DNA from: Hydrolagus affinis
Lineage: Eukaryota
DNA: 64,000 nucleotides
Reading direction: 5' to 3'
NCBI GenBank assembly: GCA_012026655.1
Contig: JAAILG010001405.1
Location: 1-64,000 of the forward strand
The translations under genes and the position numbers were made by a program. Below, piece after piece: positions 1 to 11,473 of the stretch (position 1 is its first letter; the number at the start of each line of letters is the position of its first letter). Below the pieces are notes generated by a model. The model was not told the DNA's origin, searched no databases, and saw only the letters and a program-made list of their open reading frames with translations.

Positions 1-629
1 TAAATATTTCAATTTTTCATAGCTACTTGCCATGGAATCAATAAGTGGAAGTAAATAAACAACAAATGGCAAAATTTTAGCAGAACTGATATGATTCTTG
101 ACCACTTTACCAACATTTTTATGCAATTTCAAGTGCACGGTGGCCCACCTAAACCAGCTTCAAATTACCTAGGATTTTACTGGTGGTGTTTTCTACACAA
201 ATGGAAACTTTTTAGACTAGGGACAGAAAAAAATCTGACGGAAGGGGCGTTTGATGCACCCTATCCAATGAGCACTTTTCAAACCTAAGAATCACTGGCA
301 CTTTTTATTGAATCTCATATTACTCATAGGAAGTGCATTGAGGCCATTTTTTAAAAAAAATGCTATTTTCTGAATAATGGATACCAATAAAGATAGTTAT
401 CTTTGTCTTGTATGTACAGTTGGCAATCAGAACATTGGTTCTGAAGTTTTGTACATGCCAGTCTCTTAAATGTTCATTTAAACACCTAATTTGTCATTAC
501 TGTCTGCTGTAGACTTGCCGGCATAAATATTGAACAGTTTAACTCCCTTTCCTATGACTTTAGCTTTAATGAATTCTTCATGGCTGGTTACTTTAATGAT
601 TGTGTTGTTTCTTTTTTTTCTTGTTTCCG

Positions 630-1020
630 CTTGCAATTTCCACTCTTCTCCTGAAGGGGCTAACTCATGCTGCGGTACTGTTCCACCTTTCTGTATTTTG
701 TCCAAATAGCCATTTTTCATATCTAGATCTGCTAGCCTTGAGTATCGCAACCTAGCCAGCAATAAACGTGAGAAACAAGCCCAATCAAGTCCTCACCATA
801 TCAGCAGAGGGTATTGGATAGTGAAATGGAGCAGGAAACCTAGCTGATATTGTTCATTTTCTTCTTCCCTCACCCAAGAGCACTAAAAATAATTGTAATG
901 CCTTTTGCTGCTCTGCCTAAAGTCAGCTAGCTAGTACAAATCCAGGAGCGATCATGAAATCTTCTGGATTAATATGGTTGATTCACATTGGGAATGTATC
1001 CACCAAGTAAGCTGCTTGGG
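630..1020 (-). mobile_element. Old SINE-like repeat, with related degenerate copies at ~39090-39450 (+) and ~51440-51770 (+)
   Basis: Shared blocks gtggaacagtacc...cttcaggaga and ggacaggatc-ggcttggct-tgatg between copies. Family not identified. Confidence 0.5.
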
Positions 1021-1326
1021 AGCCCATTGCGCACCTCTTCACCCTCCTAATTTGCAATAAAGACAATCTGATCTGTAATTTGAGTTATGCATATCAATTA
1101 ATTTCCTCCACACGCTCAGCAGTTATTCTAAACCAGGTTGGTTAATGGTGTCATTCATGCTTGCTGCATCCTGTCTGTCTCTCTGTCTTTATCTGTCTGT
1201 TTGAAGTTATGTTATTGCAAGGAAATTATTTGAATCTACATTACCATTTTTCAATTTAAAGAGGTGTTTATAACTTTATTGTACCAGTGTTTATAAAACT
1301 GAATTTAATTGCTATCTTGCTTACAG

Positions 1327-1382
1327 CCAGGAGAACTACGCCCCTTCTGGAGTATATTAAAAACAAGAAACTGGAAAAACAG
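1327..1382 (+). CDS. UPF3A: UPF3A internal coding exon (ARRTTPLLEYIKNKKLEKQ)
   Basis: ttacag acceptor and ag|gtggga donor. Peptide matches human UPF3A ARRTTPLLEYIKNRKLEKQ rather than UPF3B AKKTTPLLSFLKNKQ. Upstream exons lie outside the window. Confidence 0.93.
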
Positions 1383-1475
1383 GTGGGATTTTTCTTTTTG
1401 AGTTTCACTTATAATTATATTAATTGTTTGAAGATGATTCAAATTGACATCTTCAATTATATTGTAATGTTTCAG

Positions 1476-1646
1476 CGACTCAGAGAAGAGAAAAGAGAAG
1501 AAAGAAGGCGAAGAGAGTTGGAGAAAAAGCGCTTAAGAGAGGAGGAAAAAAGAAAGCGTAGAGAAGAAGAAAGACGTAAAAGAAAAGAAGCAGAGAAGCA
1601 GAAAAAGATAGCTGAAAAGGAAAGAAAAGAAGAAATAAAAATCAAG
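1476..1646 (+). CDS. UPF3A: UPF3A coding exon, charged coiled-coil (RLREEKREERRRRELEKKRLREEEKRK...EEIKIK)
   Basis: tttcag acceptor, aag|gtatgt donor, 171 nt, phase 0/0. The N-terminal part is near-identical to human UPF3A. Confidence 0.95.
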
Positions 1647-2323
1647 GTATGTCTCTCCAAAATGCATTTTGTTTATTAGCTTTTAATATGAAATGTTTTT
1701 TGATATGTAAAGCAATCCAACCTGTGAAGAGCAGTAAATTTAGGATCAGGTTGAAAATGGTGTTTCTCGATCAGGTGAGTTTCACCCGTTGGTGTGAGAC
1801 AGTTGTCCAACCAACGGGGACTTACCCCATTGAGAACAAGCAAACATTGTAGATAAATGGATATTAGACAAAATACAAATTGCCTTCAGTGCTAACTAAA
1901 AAAGTTCCATCATGATCTTTAGTTCTTGTGGTATCACATTGTGCTCCTTCTCAAGTCTCTCATTTTTTTCTTTGACTCTTTCATCCTAACATTTTTGATC
2001 TCTCTCTATCTCTTTCTTGAGTTTTCTTAACTCTCTATCTCTACCTACCAATCTTATTTTGAAAAATTACCTTGGAGCTCCAGGTACAAAGTGAATCTTT
2101 TCCTGTGCGTACAAGATTTTAAGCCCCTGTGCGCTGGCATTGTGCAACCTCATGCAACAAATTCTTATGCATTATAACAAGGTTACCTGTATTTTACTTT
2201 CTTAAAATTATTGAGTTGTTCATTAGAATGTACTTTTCTTTATGTGTATTTCAAATGGGAGATGTTACAGTTAATACCATCTTAACAATTTGATGCTGAA
2301 TGCTTATACTGATGGCATGACTA

Positions 2324-3018
2324 TGGAAACTCCCTCCTCTTTGCCTTCCCAGCTTTTCCGTTCACAAACTGCAGATCATCTAGAACTGTGCAGCTTGTGG
2401 CCTCTCCCGCACTAAGCTCCACAACCATATCACTCCCACTCTCACCTGGCTCCATCGGCTCCCCATCCCCCAGAGGATCGAATTCAAGATCCTCGTCCTC
2501 ACTTTCAAGGCAATTCACGGCCTTGCCCCTTCCTATCTCTCCAACCTGCTGACTCCCTATCAACCTACCTGCCTCCTCCGTTCAGCGGCTCCTGTCTGCT
2601 CCATGTCTCCCACCCGTTGGTGGCTGGTGGATTGGATTGAAATGAGGGAGGGCAGAGAGGTAGGAGGTTGGCTGAAGGCACGGTTGAAAACGAGGGTCTT
2701 GAGATCGGGGGTAGAGAGGCTGAAAGCCCGGCCATTGATGGTAGGGTGGATGAGCGGGAGACATGGAGCAGGCCAGACATCCTGAGCTTCTGCTTTGATT
2801 TGTGTACCTTCGGTCATCGTGGAACTCCAGCCTTTCTTTCTCCCTTGCCTCATTCAAGGCAGGTGTCAAGACCCTCATTTTGGCCGTGCCTTCGGCCACC
2901 CTCCTACCTCTTTGCCCTCCGTCATCTCAGCCCTGCCCCCTCACCACTCCTACCATACTTGTTCAGTTACTTGGTATGTTCTCCCGACATGAAAGGCGCA
3001 AATGTAATTTTGTTGTTG
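2324..3018 (+). mobile_element. L2-clade LINE 3' fragment with an internal opposite-orientation L2 piece (~2616-2790)
   Basis: KLQII.N.AAR / LHWLPI.QRI.FKIL-like remnants and a 3' tail atgaaaggcgc..aatgtaattttgttgttg. Confidence 0.85.
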
Positions 3019-3106
3019 AAGCAGCAATGGTCTTACAGAGAGAGCTTGATAGGATATGGATCTAGGCTAATAACAAGGAAAAAAAATTAAATCAACTATT
3101 TGTATA

Positions 3107-3345
3107 CAACAAAAAATTACATTTATATAGCATCTTTCATGTCAGGATATCCAAAAGTGCTGGACAGTCAAAGGTTTGCATCCAAACTAGGGGTTGGAAT
3201 CGGGAGGGACGGAGGTCAAGGAAGGGGTGGGAAGATGACAGAAGGCATGGTCAAAGAGGAATGCCTTGAGATGGGCCTTGAAGAAGGTAGGGGAGGTGTG
3301 AGGCAGAGAGGATCCGGGGTGGAATTCCAGAGGATGGGGGCAAAA
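3107..3345 (-). mobile_element. L2 LINE 3' end
   Basis: Reverse complement of the same L2 tail (caacaaaa..ttacatttatatagc..ctttcatgtc). Confidence 0.8.
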
Positions 3346-3347
3346 TA

Positions 3348-3733
3348 CAGATAGACCCTGCTTAACGTCATAGTTTGGTTCTTGCAAAGTGCGACTTTAA
3401 GCGAAACGATGTTAAGCGAATACATTTTTCCCATAAGAATGAATGTAAAATCTGGGGTTAGGTTCTTTTGGACATTTTTAGTAATGCCGACTCGCTCACT
3501 CACTCGCTGCCGGTTTCACTCACTCGTTGCTGGTCTCACTCGCTGCAGGCTGGCTCTCTCTCTCGCTGCCGGCCTGGCTCACTCCCAGGACCTAGCGCCA
3601 TTGTACCCCCTTTTCCACCCGCTGGTGAATAACGTAATAGTGAACGTCGCAACGTTAAACGAATATACGTTCCCAATGTATCAGCAATGTAATAGCGAAA
3701 AAATGTCAACCAATGTTAAGCAGGGTCTACCTA
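3348..3733. mobile_element. Tc1/mariner (Tigger/pogo-like) MITE
   Basis: TIRs cagatagaccctgcttaac / gttaagcagggtctaccta, each flanked by TA. Confidence 0.8.
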
Positions 3734-3928
3734 TACACAAGACAAACAGGATCCCAGGCTGTATTGCTAAATTAGTTGAGTTCAGATCCCGAGAAGTCAA
3801 ACTCAATTTTAGGACAGGCACCAGGAAGTATTTCTTTATGACTGAAACTTTACCAGAAAGAGTGCATGGGGCCAGGACACTTTTTTATTAAAAAAAAGCA
3901 TGATACTGTGGTGGGATAAAATCAAATG

Positions 3929-4320
3929 TCAAACCTCTCTTGTAATTTTGTTACAGTGATAAATTTAGCTGCAAATTTAGTTGAGGTAAGACAGATTTAC
4001 TGTTTATCTGCTTCTTGTGTAATCAAGCTACATTGTGATATTCAGTTGTTGAAGAAGGTTGATAAGGAGGAGGAAAATGACTCAGACAAACGAAAGGAGA
4101 AAGGACAGGATGGGGATGATGAAAAAGGAAAGTGGGAAAAGCCATGCGGCTCTGGAAACCTGCAAGGAAAACGATCTGAGAATGCACTGAAAGATGTCAA
4201 AGATAAGTGAGTAAGCACAGTATAGGTATTATGTGATTGGGTGTTCTTCCTTCAAACCTGGTTTGTAATTTTGTTACATTGATAAATTTAGCTGCAAATT
4301 TAGTTGAGGTAAGACGGATT
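3929..4320 (+). repeat. 69-bp direct repeat (3929-3997 and 4252-4320) flanking a UPF3A exon
   Basis: tcaaacct...ttgtaattttgttaca[g/t]tgataaatttagctgcaaatttagttgaggtaagac[a/g]gatt, with 5 mismatches in 69 nt. Confidence 0.95.
4046..4206 (+). CDS. UPF3A: UPF3A coding exon (LLKKVDKEEEND...KDVKD)
   Basis: ttcag acceptor, aa|gtgagt donor, 161 nt, phase 0/2. LLKK start as in UPF3 proteins, and the phase fits the next exon. Confidence 0.9.
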
Positions 4321-4699
4321 AAGTATTATTTTTGCCTGTTCAACTGAAATTTATTTCAATTTGTTTTTTATGAAATTGAACTACTGTATTTATAAATTAG
4401 GACAATTCCATGATAATTCCATTTAATGTCTAAATTAAGAATTGCTCACTTATGTTATGTCACCGTGGTGACAGTATTGAAGTTCATAGGCAGCAACCAT
4501 AATTCTCTTGGTTTGAGAACTGATGAAAACAGTCTGTTTCTTCTTCTGATGTTACTGGAATCTCGGAAGCTAGGGTGACTTGAAACTCCTCGATGAATGG
4601 ACAATGTGTTCTCTTTCTCACTGAACTACTGAAGTGTAAATTGTTTTTCTTTATACAGTACCATGATTTTCTACTTCAGGCATGTTGCCCACCTAATAA

Positions 4700-5570
4700 T
4701 AATAAATCATCTTTGCATTTGATATAGCACCTTAAGACATCATTAAGACATGTCAAAGAGCTTCACAGGATATACTGTAAAGTGGATTGACTGAGTGGGC
4801 AGAATGCGGCAGGCAATTTGCGAACAGCAATGTCTCACAAACGGCATTGGAATGAGTGACCAATTTTATTGGGGGGATTGTTAGTTAATACCCCGGACAA
4901 AGCTGCCTTCTCTTTCTGAACAGTGCCAATGCGATCTTTAACATCCACCTGAATGGGTAGATGAGACTTTGGTTTTACCTCTCATCCGAAGGACAGTACC
5001 TCCAATATTGCAACATACCCCCTGCACTGCAGTGTCATCTTAGACCATGTGTTTCCAAGTCGCAATTTGGGGTTTGGACTCATTGAGAAGAGTGCTACCA
5101 CTGAGCCAGGCTGACATACAACAAATTCACCTCTTCTTTCTCAGCCAATTTAATTTTTCATAATACAGTTCAGAGTATGTTGACATCTTATACCATGTTG
5201 TCCAGTGTTATTACCAGTCAAAGCACTTAGTTACTATAAGTGTAGGTGAATAGAGCAGCCAATTTGTCCCACAAACAGCCATGAAGTGAATTACCAATTT
5301 TATTTGACAGATTATTAGCCAAGAATCTGGGAGAAATTCCATTCTCTTTTTGAATGGCGTCATGGAATCTTTCACATCCACTTGAACAGGCAACAACTCA
5401 TTCATTTAACATTTCATCTAAAAGGTGACACCACTAGCAATGCAGCCCGCACCCTCCCTACACTGCATTGGAGTGTCAGTCTGCGAGTTCAAAGTCCCCA
5501 AATGGGTCTTAAACACACAACTTTCTAACTCCAAAGCCAGAGTTCTACCAACTGAGCGCAGCTGGCACAT
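4700..5570 (-). mobile_element. Two tandem Deu-domain SINE copies (~4700-5115 and ~5225-5570)
   Basis: Reverse complement of the DeuSINE/AmnSINE-type core (gctgacactcc.atgcagtg..gggag..tgc...gatga..tgttaa...caggtggatgt.aaagat) plus a tRNA-like head. Confidence 0.7.
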
Positions 5571-5943
5571 ATATTTTATCTCATATGAAAAAAAGTCAAT
5601 CATAAACTACCAGTTAGATATTCTCTTGTTACCTGTATAAAGATCTCGTCAGTGAGGTCCAAGTGTAATGACTGTGCTGTCAATGGATAACTCTGGGAAA
5701 ACTACAATACCAAAAGGTGCAATTGCATAAAATCAGCCTTAAATAATTTACAGTATCTAAATTCTTGAAACAAAATTTGACAACTTTCAATAGGTTATAT
5801 TGTAACTATGCATTTTTGAAGGAATCCTGCCTGCTAATACTTTATCACAATCTTTTTTGAAATAAGATATATACGTACTATATTCGCTATTGATAATTAC
5901 CATAGACTAATTTAATTGTTTTTATAGACACAAAAGAAATAAA

Positions 5944-6756
5944 TATTTCTAATCAAAATAGTTTTTATTGGGCTTTAACGGTAGTACAATACGTGTATTT
6001 TGATAACCTTTAAAAATAAACAACTTAGTAAAATGCAACATTTCAGTTTTTTTTCAGTTTTTTTACACAAATTTGGTGGGGTTTTTTTTACTCAGACCCC
6101 TAAATGATGGTGCTAGAGAGCGAAGAGAGAGGGAACGGGAAAGAAGACTGAGGGAGAAGGAACGTGAGCGAGAGCGACAGAAGCGATGTGAGGATGAACG
6201 CAGAAGGCAAAGAGAACGATATGAAATGGAAAGGGCTATGAGAACAAAAGAGGAAGAAACAAAAAGAGGGAAGGAGCACGGTCAAGATAGAGAGAAGAAG
6301 GGAGACAGCCTTAACTACATGTTTAGCACTGAGAAAATGGACAGACTGGGTAAAGAAGACAAAAATGATGACATGGCATCTAAAAGGGAGCGGATAAGAA
6401 ATAAGGTACCTGTCACCATTTTTTCAAACTACTATGATATTGGTAGTATTAATTGGAGTAGTTTTTCAAGTCCCATGTTCTAAAATACCAGAATATAAAC
6501 TGCATACTCCATACATGCCACAATACATGAAGTCAAATGTTCTACATAGCATGGGTAAACTCTACCCAAACAGGTATCGTCTTGTACTGTAATTTACTGT
6601 ATTTGTTTCAAGTACTTTATTAAAACATTCCCATCTAAGAGATTTTTTTTCTATTCCTGAAATGTTGCATGTATATTTTACTATGTTAAGTTTATTTTTA
6701 AAGGTTATCAAAATACTACCGATAAAACCCAATAAAAACTATTTTGATTGGAAATA
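5944..6756. repeat. ~100-bp inverted repeat (arms 5944-6046 and 6657-6756) bracketing a UPF3A exon
   Basis: Arms align as reverse complements with about 4 substitutions and 3 short indels. They include a perfect 27-bp block gtattttgataacctttaaaaataaac / gtttatttttaaaggttatcaaaatac. Confidence 0.95.
6096..6405 (+). CDS. UPF3A: UPF3A penultimate coding exon (PLNDGARE...KRERIRNK)
   Basis: Polypyrimidine tract plus ctcag acceptor, aag|gtacct donor, 310 nt, phase 2/0. RE-rich, contains GQDREKKG (UPF3A-like) and ends RIRNK. Confidence 0.93.
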
Positions 6757-7169
6757 ATTTGACAGAGTAAACGTTTGTGAAAGCCACTTCTACCAATTGA
6801 AACTTCTACCAATTCTTATTGCTATCTTGAAACTCTCCTAATGTTTATTCCATAATTACTTACTTTACGAATAATGTATCGTAACCTCAATCTTGAGTGG
6901 TAAAAAACCTTATGCAACTAAGCTAACTACAAAACACAAAGTCTACGGTGCTAGAAGCTAATTTGGGGAAAGCAATCATAGGAAAAAGTTCTTGTCTTTG
7001 TAAGCATGTAAACACATACAGGTGTCTCTATAGAACCCAAATAGATTGGATCTTTAAAGTATGGTAGTACATTTTAAATGAATATTAATACTTAATAATT
7101 AATGCTACATTTAATATTGTAGCAGCTGAGGCTTTAGATGTAAATGTCTTGGTGACACCATCCAGGGAT

Positions 7170-8690
7170 GAACTTCCACTAGTATGCGGATGACACCCAA
7201 CTCTATCTGTGCCTCCATCCTCAACTCCAGAACCACTGCTATCCTGGCAAAATGTCTTGTCAGATCTCATGTCCTGGATGAGCTCACTTTCTACAGATGA
7301 AGCTCAACAAGACCGAGGCTCTCTTGATTGGCTCCCATCAGCGCCTCCACACCTCAGGCACCTCCACACCTGGAAGCATCACCCTCAATGGATGCACACT
7401 TCACCTTACTAAGCCAGTCTGGAACCTTGGCATCTTGTCCTTTCTACCCCACATCCATGCCATGACATCAGTGGAGTCCTATAGCTCAGTGGTTAGAGCA
7501 CTCACCTTACAAGCGAGAGATTTGGGTTCAATTCCAGGCAGGTCAAAATCTTAGGCAAATTTTCTTACTCCACGGGCCTAATAATAATCCTTAAAAGAAA
7601 AAATATTGAATTGATCATTTCCATCCACAACCGGCTGTGGGACACTGCTGTGCCAATTGACTGCCACGTTTCAGGCACATATATAGTGAATTCACTTTAC
7701 AGTATATTCTGTGAAGCGCTTTGAGACGTCTAGAAGACATGCAAAGCGCTATATCAAATGGAAGGATTTCTCTTCTTCTTCCCTTACTCCCTTTCCCCTC
7801 TTCCCTCTTGCCCCCCTCTCTCCCTTGCACCCTCCCTTTTCCAATCTATTGTTCCCCACCTTCGTCTTCCTCTCCCCCTTTCCTCTCTTCCCCCTTTCTC
7901 CCCTGGCCCTATTTTCACGATTGTTTGTGGGACACTGCTGTGCGCAATTTGGCTGCCACGTTTCGCCCACAAATATACAGTTAATTTTCCTACCTTCCTT
8001 CCCCAAACTCTGAAGTGCTTTGGGAGGTCGATAAGACATGGAAAGCGCTATATAAACTTAAGGATTACTTACTTATTACTTACTATTATTATTATTATCC
8101 AATATACCTTTCCCCACCTCTGCAACATTGTGCGGATCCACCACAGACTCACCCCTCAGACCCCGAAACCCTCACCCACACGTTCATCACATCTAGGCTT
8201 GAGTATGCCAACTCCCTGGTTGTCGGCCTTCCCCACTCTTCCCTCCATAAGCTGCACCTGATTCTGAACTCTGCAGCTCGTGTCCATCACACACACCAGG
8301 TTCCCTAACCCACCCCCTTTGCCTGGTTCCACTGACTCCCCAACCACCGGAGGTTAGAGGTCAAAATCCTTATCCAATCCTTCAAAGCTCTTCATGGTCT
8401 TGCTTTTTCCTACATCTGTGACTTGTTAATCCCATATCAACACGTCCGCTCCCCCAGCTCAGCAGGTTCTGGCCTGCTCAACGTCCACCACCCTGCCCGC
8501 CTGGCAGTCAGGCCTTCAGCCTTTCTGCCACCACTCTTCGGAACTGCATCCCACATTCCTTTTGCCTCATTGCCTTTATCATCCTTGAATATCCCCACTC
8601 AGCACAGGTCCAAATCCCTGATTGTCCAGTTATCCCAAGGGATGTCCTCCTGACATGAAAGGCACTACACAAATGTAATTTTGTATTGCA
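7170..8690 (+). mobile_element. L2 ORF2 remnant interrupted by a tRNA-SINE (~7471-7765), a pyrimidine tract and a second SINE tail
   Basis: YADDTQLYL at ~7183, KLNKTEALLIG, HTFITSRLEYANSL. The SINE head has A/B boxes (tagctcagtggttag, ggttcaattcc). Confidence 0.85.
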
Positions 8691-9584
8691 AAGTTAATAG
8701 AAATTATGACACAAAGGTTCAGTGTATCGGGTTCTTTGAAACCTTTAGATCAGATGGAGAAGGAAATTGATTAGTGTTGGATTATTTATAGGCACTGACA
8801 TCACTATAAAATAGCGAATATTCTTGGTGAAATAAGAATATATTGGCGCAGTTTATTCATTCATAATTTGTGTTACATTTTATTTGCTTCTCTCTTTTGC
8901 CTATCAAGTTTGAGTAGGTTCTTGCAAGGTTCAAGCTGTAGACATATAATTATACATTTTAAGTCTGGATCATATTACTTCAAGATCTTGTTTTCATATA
9001 ATACCTTTTGGTAAACTTGCCTGAAGATCTGTCTGAGCTTTGTGGGAATGTACGCATCCTGCTACAGGCACTTCAGCTAATAATGGTGAATCTTGCTTCT
9101 ATGGGGAAATCTAGTAGGAATGTATTTTTCCAATTACGAAATCATCCTTTATTACAATAATCAAACAAACTACAGGATATCAAATATCTTTTATTGGCAC
9201 TATTCAACTGTTGTATTCCATAGATTAATTCTCTGTGGTTTCATAAATACAGGAGTTTTTTTGTATACACCTTGATCTTCACTGGCTACAAATATTCTAC
9301 AATCTTCCCATTCTTAACTTGATATTTTATCCATTTAAAGTTCATTGAGAGAGTATTAAAGGTTTTTGAAGGGATATGTGCCAGAAACATTTATTCTAAT
9401 TTCTAATCTCTATATTCTGTATCCATTATTGTATTTCTATCTAGTTCTTCAACCAAAATGAATGAAATAACTGGTTTACAGTTACATTATCCAAACATTT
9501 TGCATTTTAAGTCTGATCATATCACTTCAAGATCTTGTTTTCTCTTAACAAAAACATGGTCAGTTACAAGTAATCAATCCTTTC

Positions 9585-10265
9585 TAGGTGTGTTGTTCGA
9601 TCCTCAACTGTCTTTCCACTCCCACATCCAAGCCATGACCCACTCTGCCTTTCCTCATCTCTGCAAGATTGCTAGACTCCACCACTACCTCACCCCTCAG
9701 ACTGCCAAAACTCTCATTCATGCCTTCATCACATCCAGGCTCATTACGCCAACGCTCTGCTTATCGGCCTTCCCAACTCCTCCCTCCGTAGGTCCCAGAT
9801 CATCCAGAACTCTGCAGCTCATGTCCGCTCCATGACCCCATCTCCCCCGACTGACTCCCACTGACTCCCCATCACCCAGAGGATTCAATTCCAGATTCTG
9901 GTCCTCACTGTCAAAACCCTCAAAGGCCTCTCCCCACTCTACCTCTGTGGTCTCCCCCTACCAACCTGCCTTCCCCCTTCGTTCAGCGGGCTCCTGTCTG
10001 CTCCATGTCTCCCGACCCACCCACCCCACCATCAGCGGATGAGCCTTCAACCACTCTGCCCCTAATCTCTGGAATTCCATCCCGCAGTCCCTCGTCCTCG
10101 CCCCCTCCCTAGCCTTCATCAAGTCCCTCCTCTTCAACAGTCCCATCGTCCACCCCGATCCCATCCCCAGCTCAGGTCTGAAACATTGATTGTCCAGTGC
10201 CTTGGGAAGTCCTGCCAACATGAAAGGCATTATACAAATGTAATTTTGTTACTGTTGTTGTTTCT
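9585..10265 (+). mobile_element. L2 LINE 3' fragment
   Basis: LGVLFDPQLSFHSHI, AKTLIHAFITSRL and a (ttg)n tail. Confidence 0.85.
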
Positions 10266-11029
10266 TGATTTTGTGCCTCATCACTTCAAAACAGCTGAAA
10301 GTGCTTCAGAGTTTTCCTGAAAGTGTAGATTATCTATGAAACATTTTCTCATAAAGAGCTTTGAATCCTCTAGTCTGTTCTCGAGTGCTCAAAACATAGG
10401 CAGAGCAAATCTCTGATATATAAACATCTTTTATAGAAATCCTGGTACCTATAACATTGTAATAAACCATACATTAATACTGTGTTTAAGTATTTTGTTC
10501 AATAAAATATGATAAATTTGGCATGCTGACTTCTGAAGTTTTCTTATCTATACGGTTCAAATATTACCATTCAAAGCCCACGAAAACCTGATAATCCGAG
10601 TTAATCAAATTTATATTTAAATTAAATTCTCTTCATGTTAAATGGTATGGTGTTGAGACTTACTCTGTACAATTAAGCTTAGCTAAATTGATGCTGTGTT
10701 CCTAAAGGCATGTGAGTGAATAGAGATAAGAATTGTTTAGCCAAGCACATCTAATAGTTTAGCTTCCTATGAATAGAATTCCTTAGTATTTCTTGTCGAG
10801 GCTGTTACTCAAAATCAAATTTTCATTTTGTAAAATCACAGCTAACTATTTTAATGAAAAAAATTAAGTGTTTACATAACAGCAAGAGTTGTAGGAATAG
10901 TAAACAGTGGAGCTTCAAAATTAGTCACATAATGACTAAAATTTTAATTGGAATAATTGTTTGTTGTTAGCTGATTGTTTTTCAAAACATACTGAGCTAC
11001 ATCAATAGATATCTGTAATAGCACAAATA

Positions 11030-11280
11030 GAATGCCAGTCTGAAAATGTTGGAATTCTGCATTAGAATTGGAGAATTTGGAAATATAAAGATGATAAATC
11101 AGCATCTGGCAGAGAAATAGACCGTAGATCAACAGTTCAGGTATGACCCATCATCTTCACCAAAACAGTTATTGCAGACCAATTATTTTAGCTTTATGAA
11201 GGCTCTTTCTGAAATAATGGATTGTTCCCTTTCAGGTGTTGACTAGCCTGCAGTGCATTTGGTCTGCTTTTGTTTTAGTT
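11030..11280. mobile_element. Degenerate Penelope-like terminal fragments in inverted arrangement, with related copies at ~32540-32680, ~36610-36680 and ~48510-48635
   Basis: Motif gacc.gaaa.gtt....tttcctctctcca.ggatgctg..tgacctgctg..ttcccag, recalled as a common shark Penelope-derived end. Family call is from memory. Confidence 0.45.
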
Positions 11281-11473
11281 CTACTGGTGACTCAATTTCT
11301 TCATAATATCATAGCTTGAATGAAAAACAGTCTGGCACTTCTTGTGTACCCATCGTGTTACATTGTGGTGACACAAAAATGTAACTCTCACACAATATTT
11401 ATAAGTATGCATTTCAATACAACTACACGGGTGATGCACAGTAGTACGATTTTTTCTGGTTTTGGTTGTGCAG

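Noticed and set aside
727-810. 84-nt AG...GT cassette-exon candidate and the overlapping 94-aa minus ORF
   Set aside because: It lies within an antisense old SINE, and the splice sites are weak.
7471-7545. tRNA-like sequences here and at other SINE heads
   Set aside because: A/B boxes continue directly into the SINE body with no proper acceptor stem, so these are not tRNA genes.
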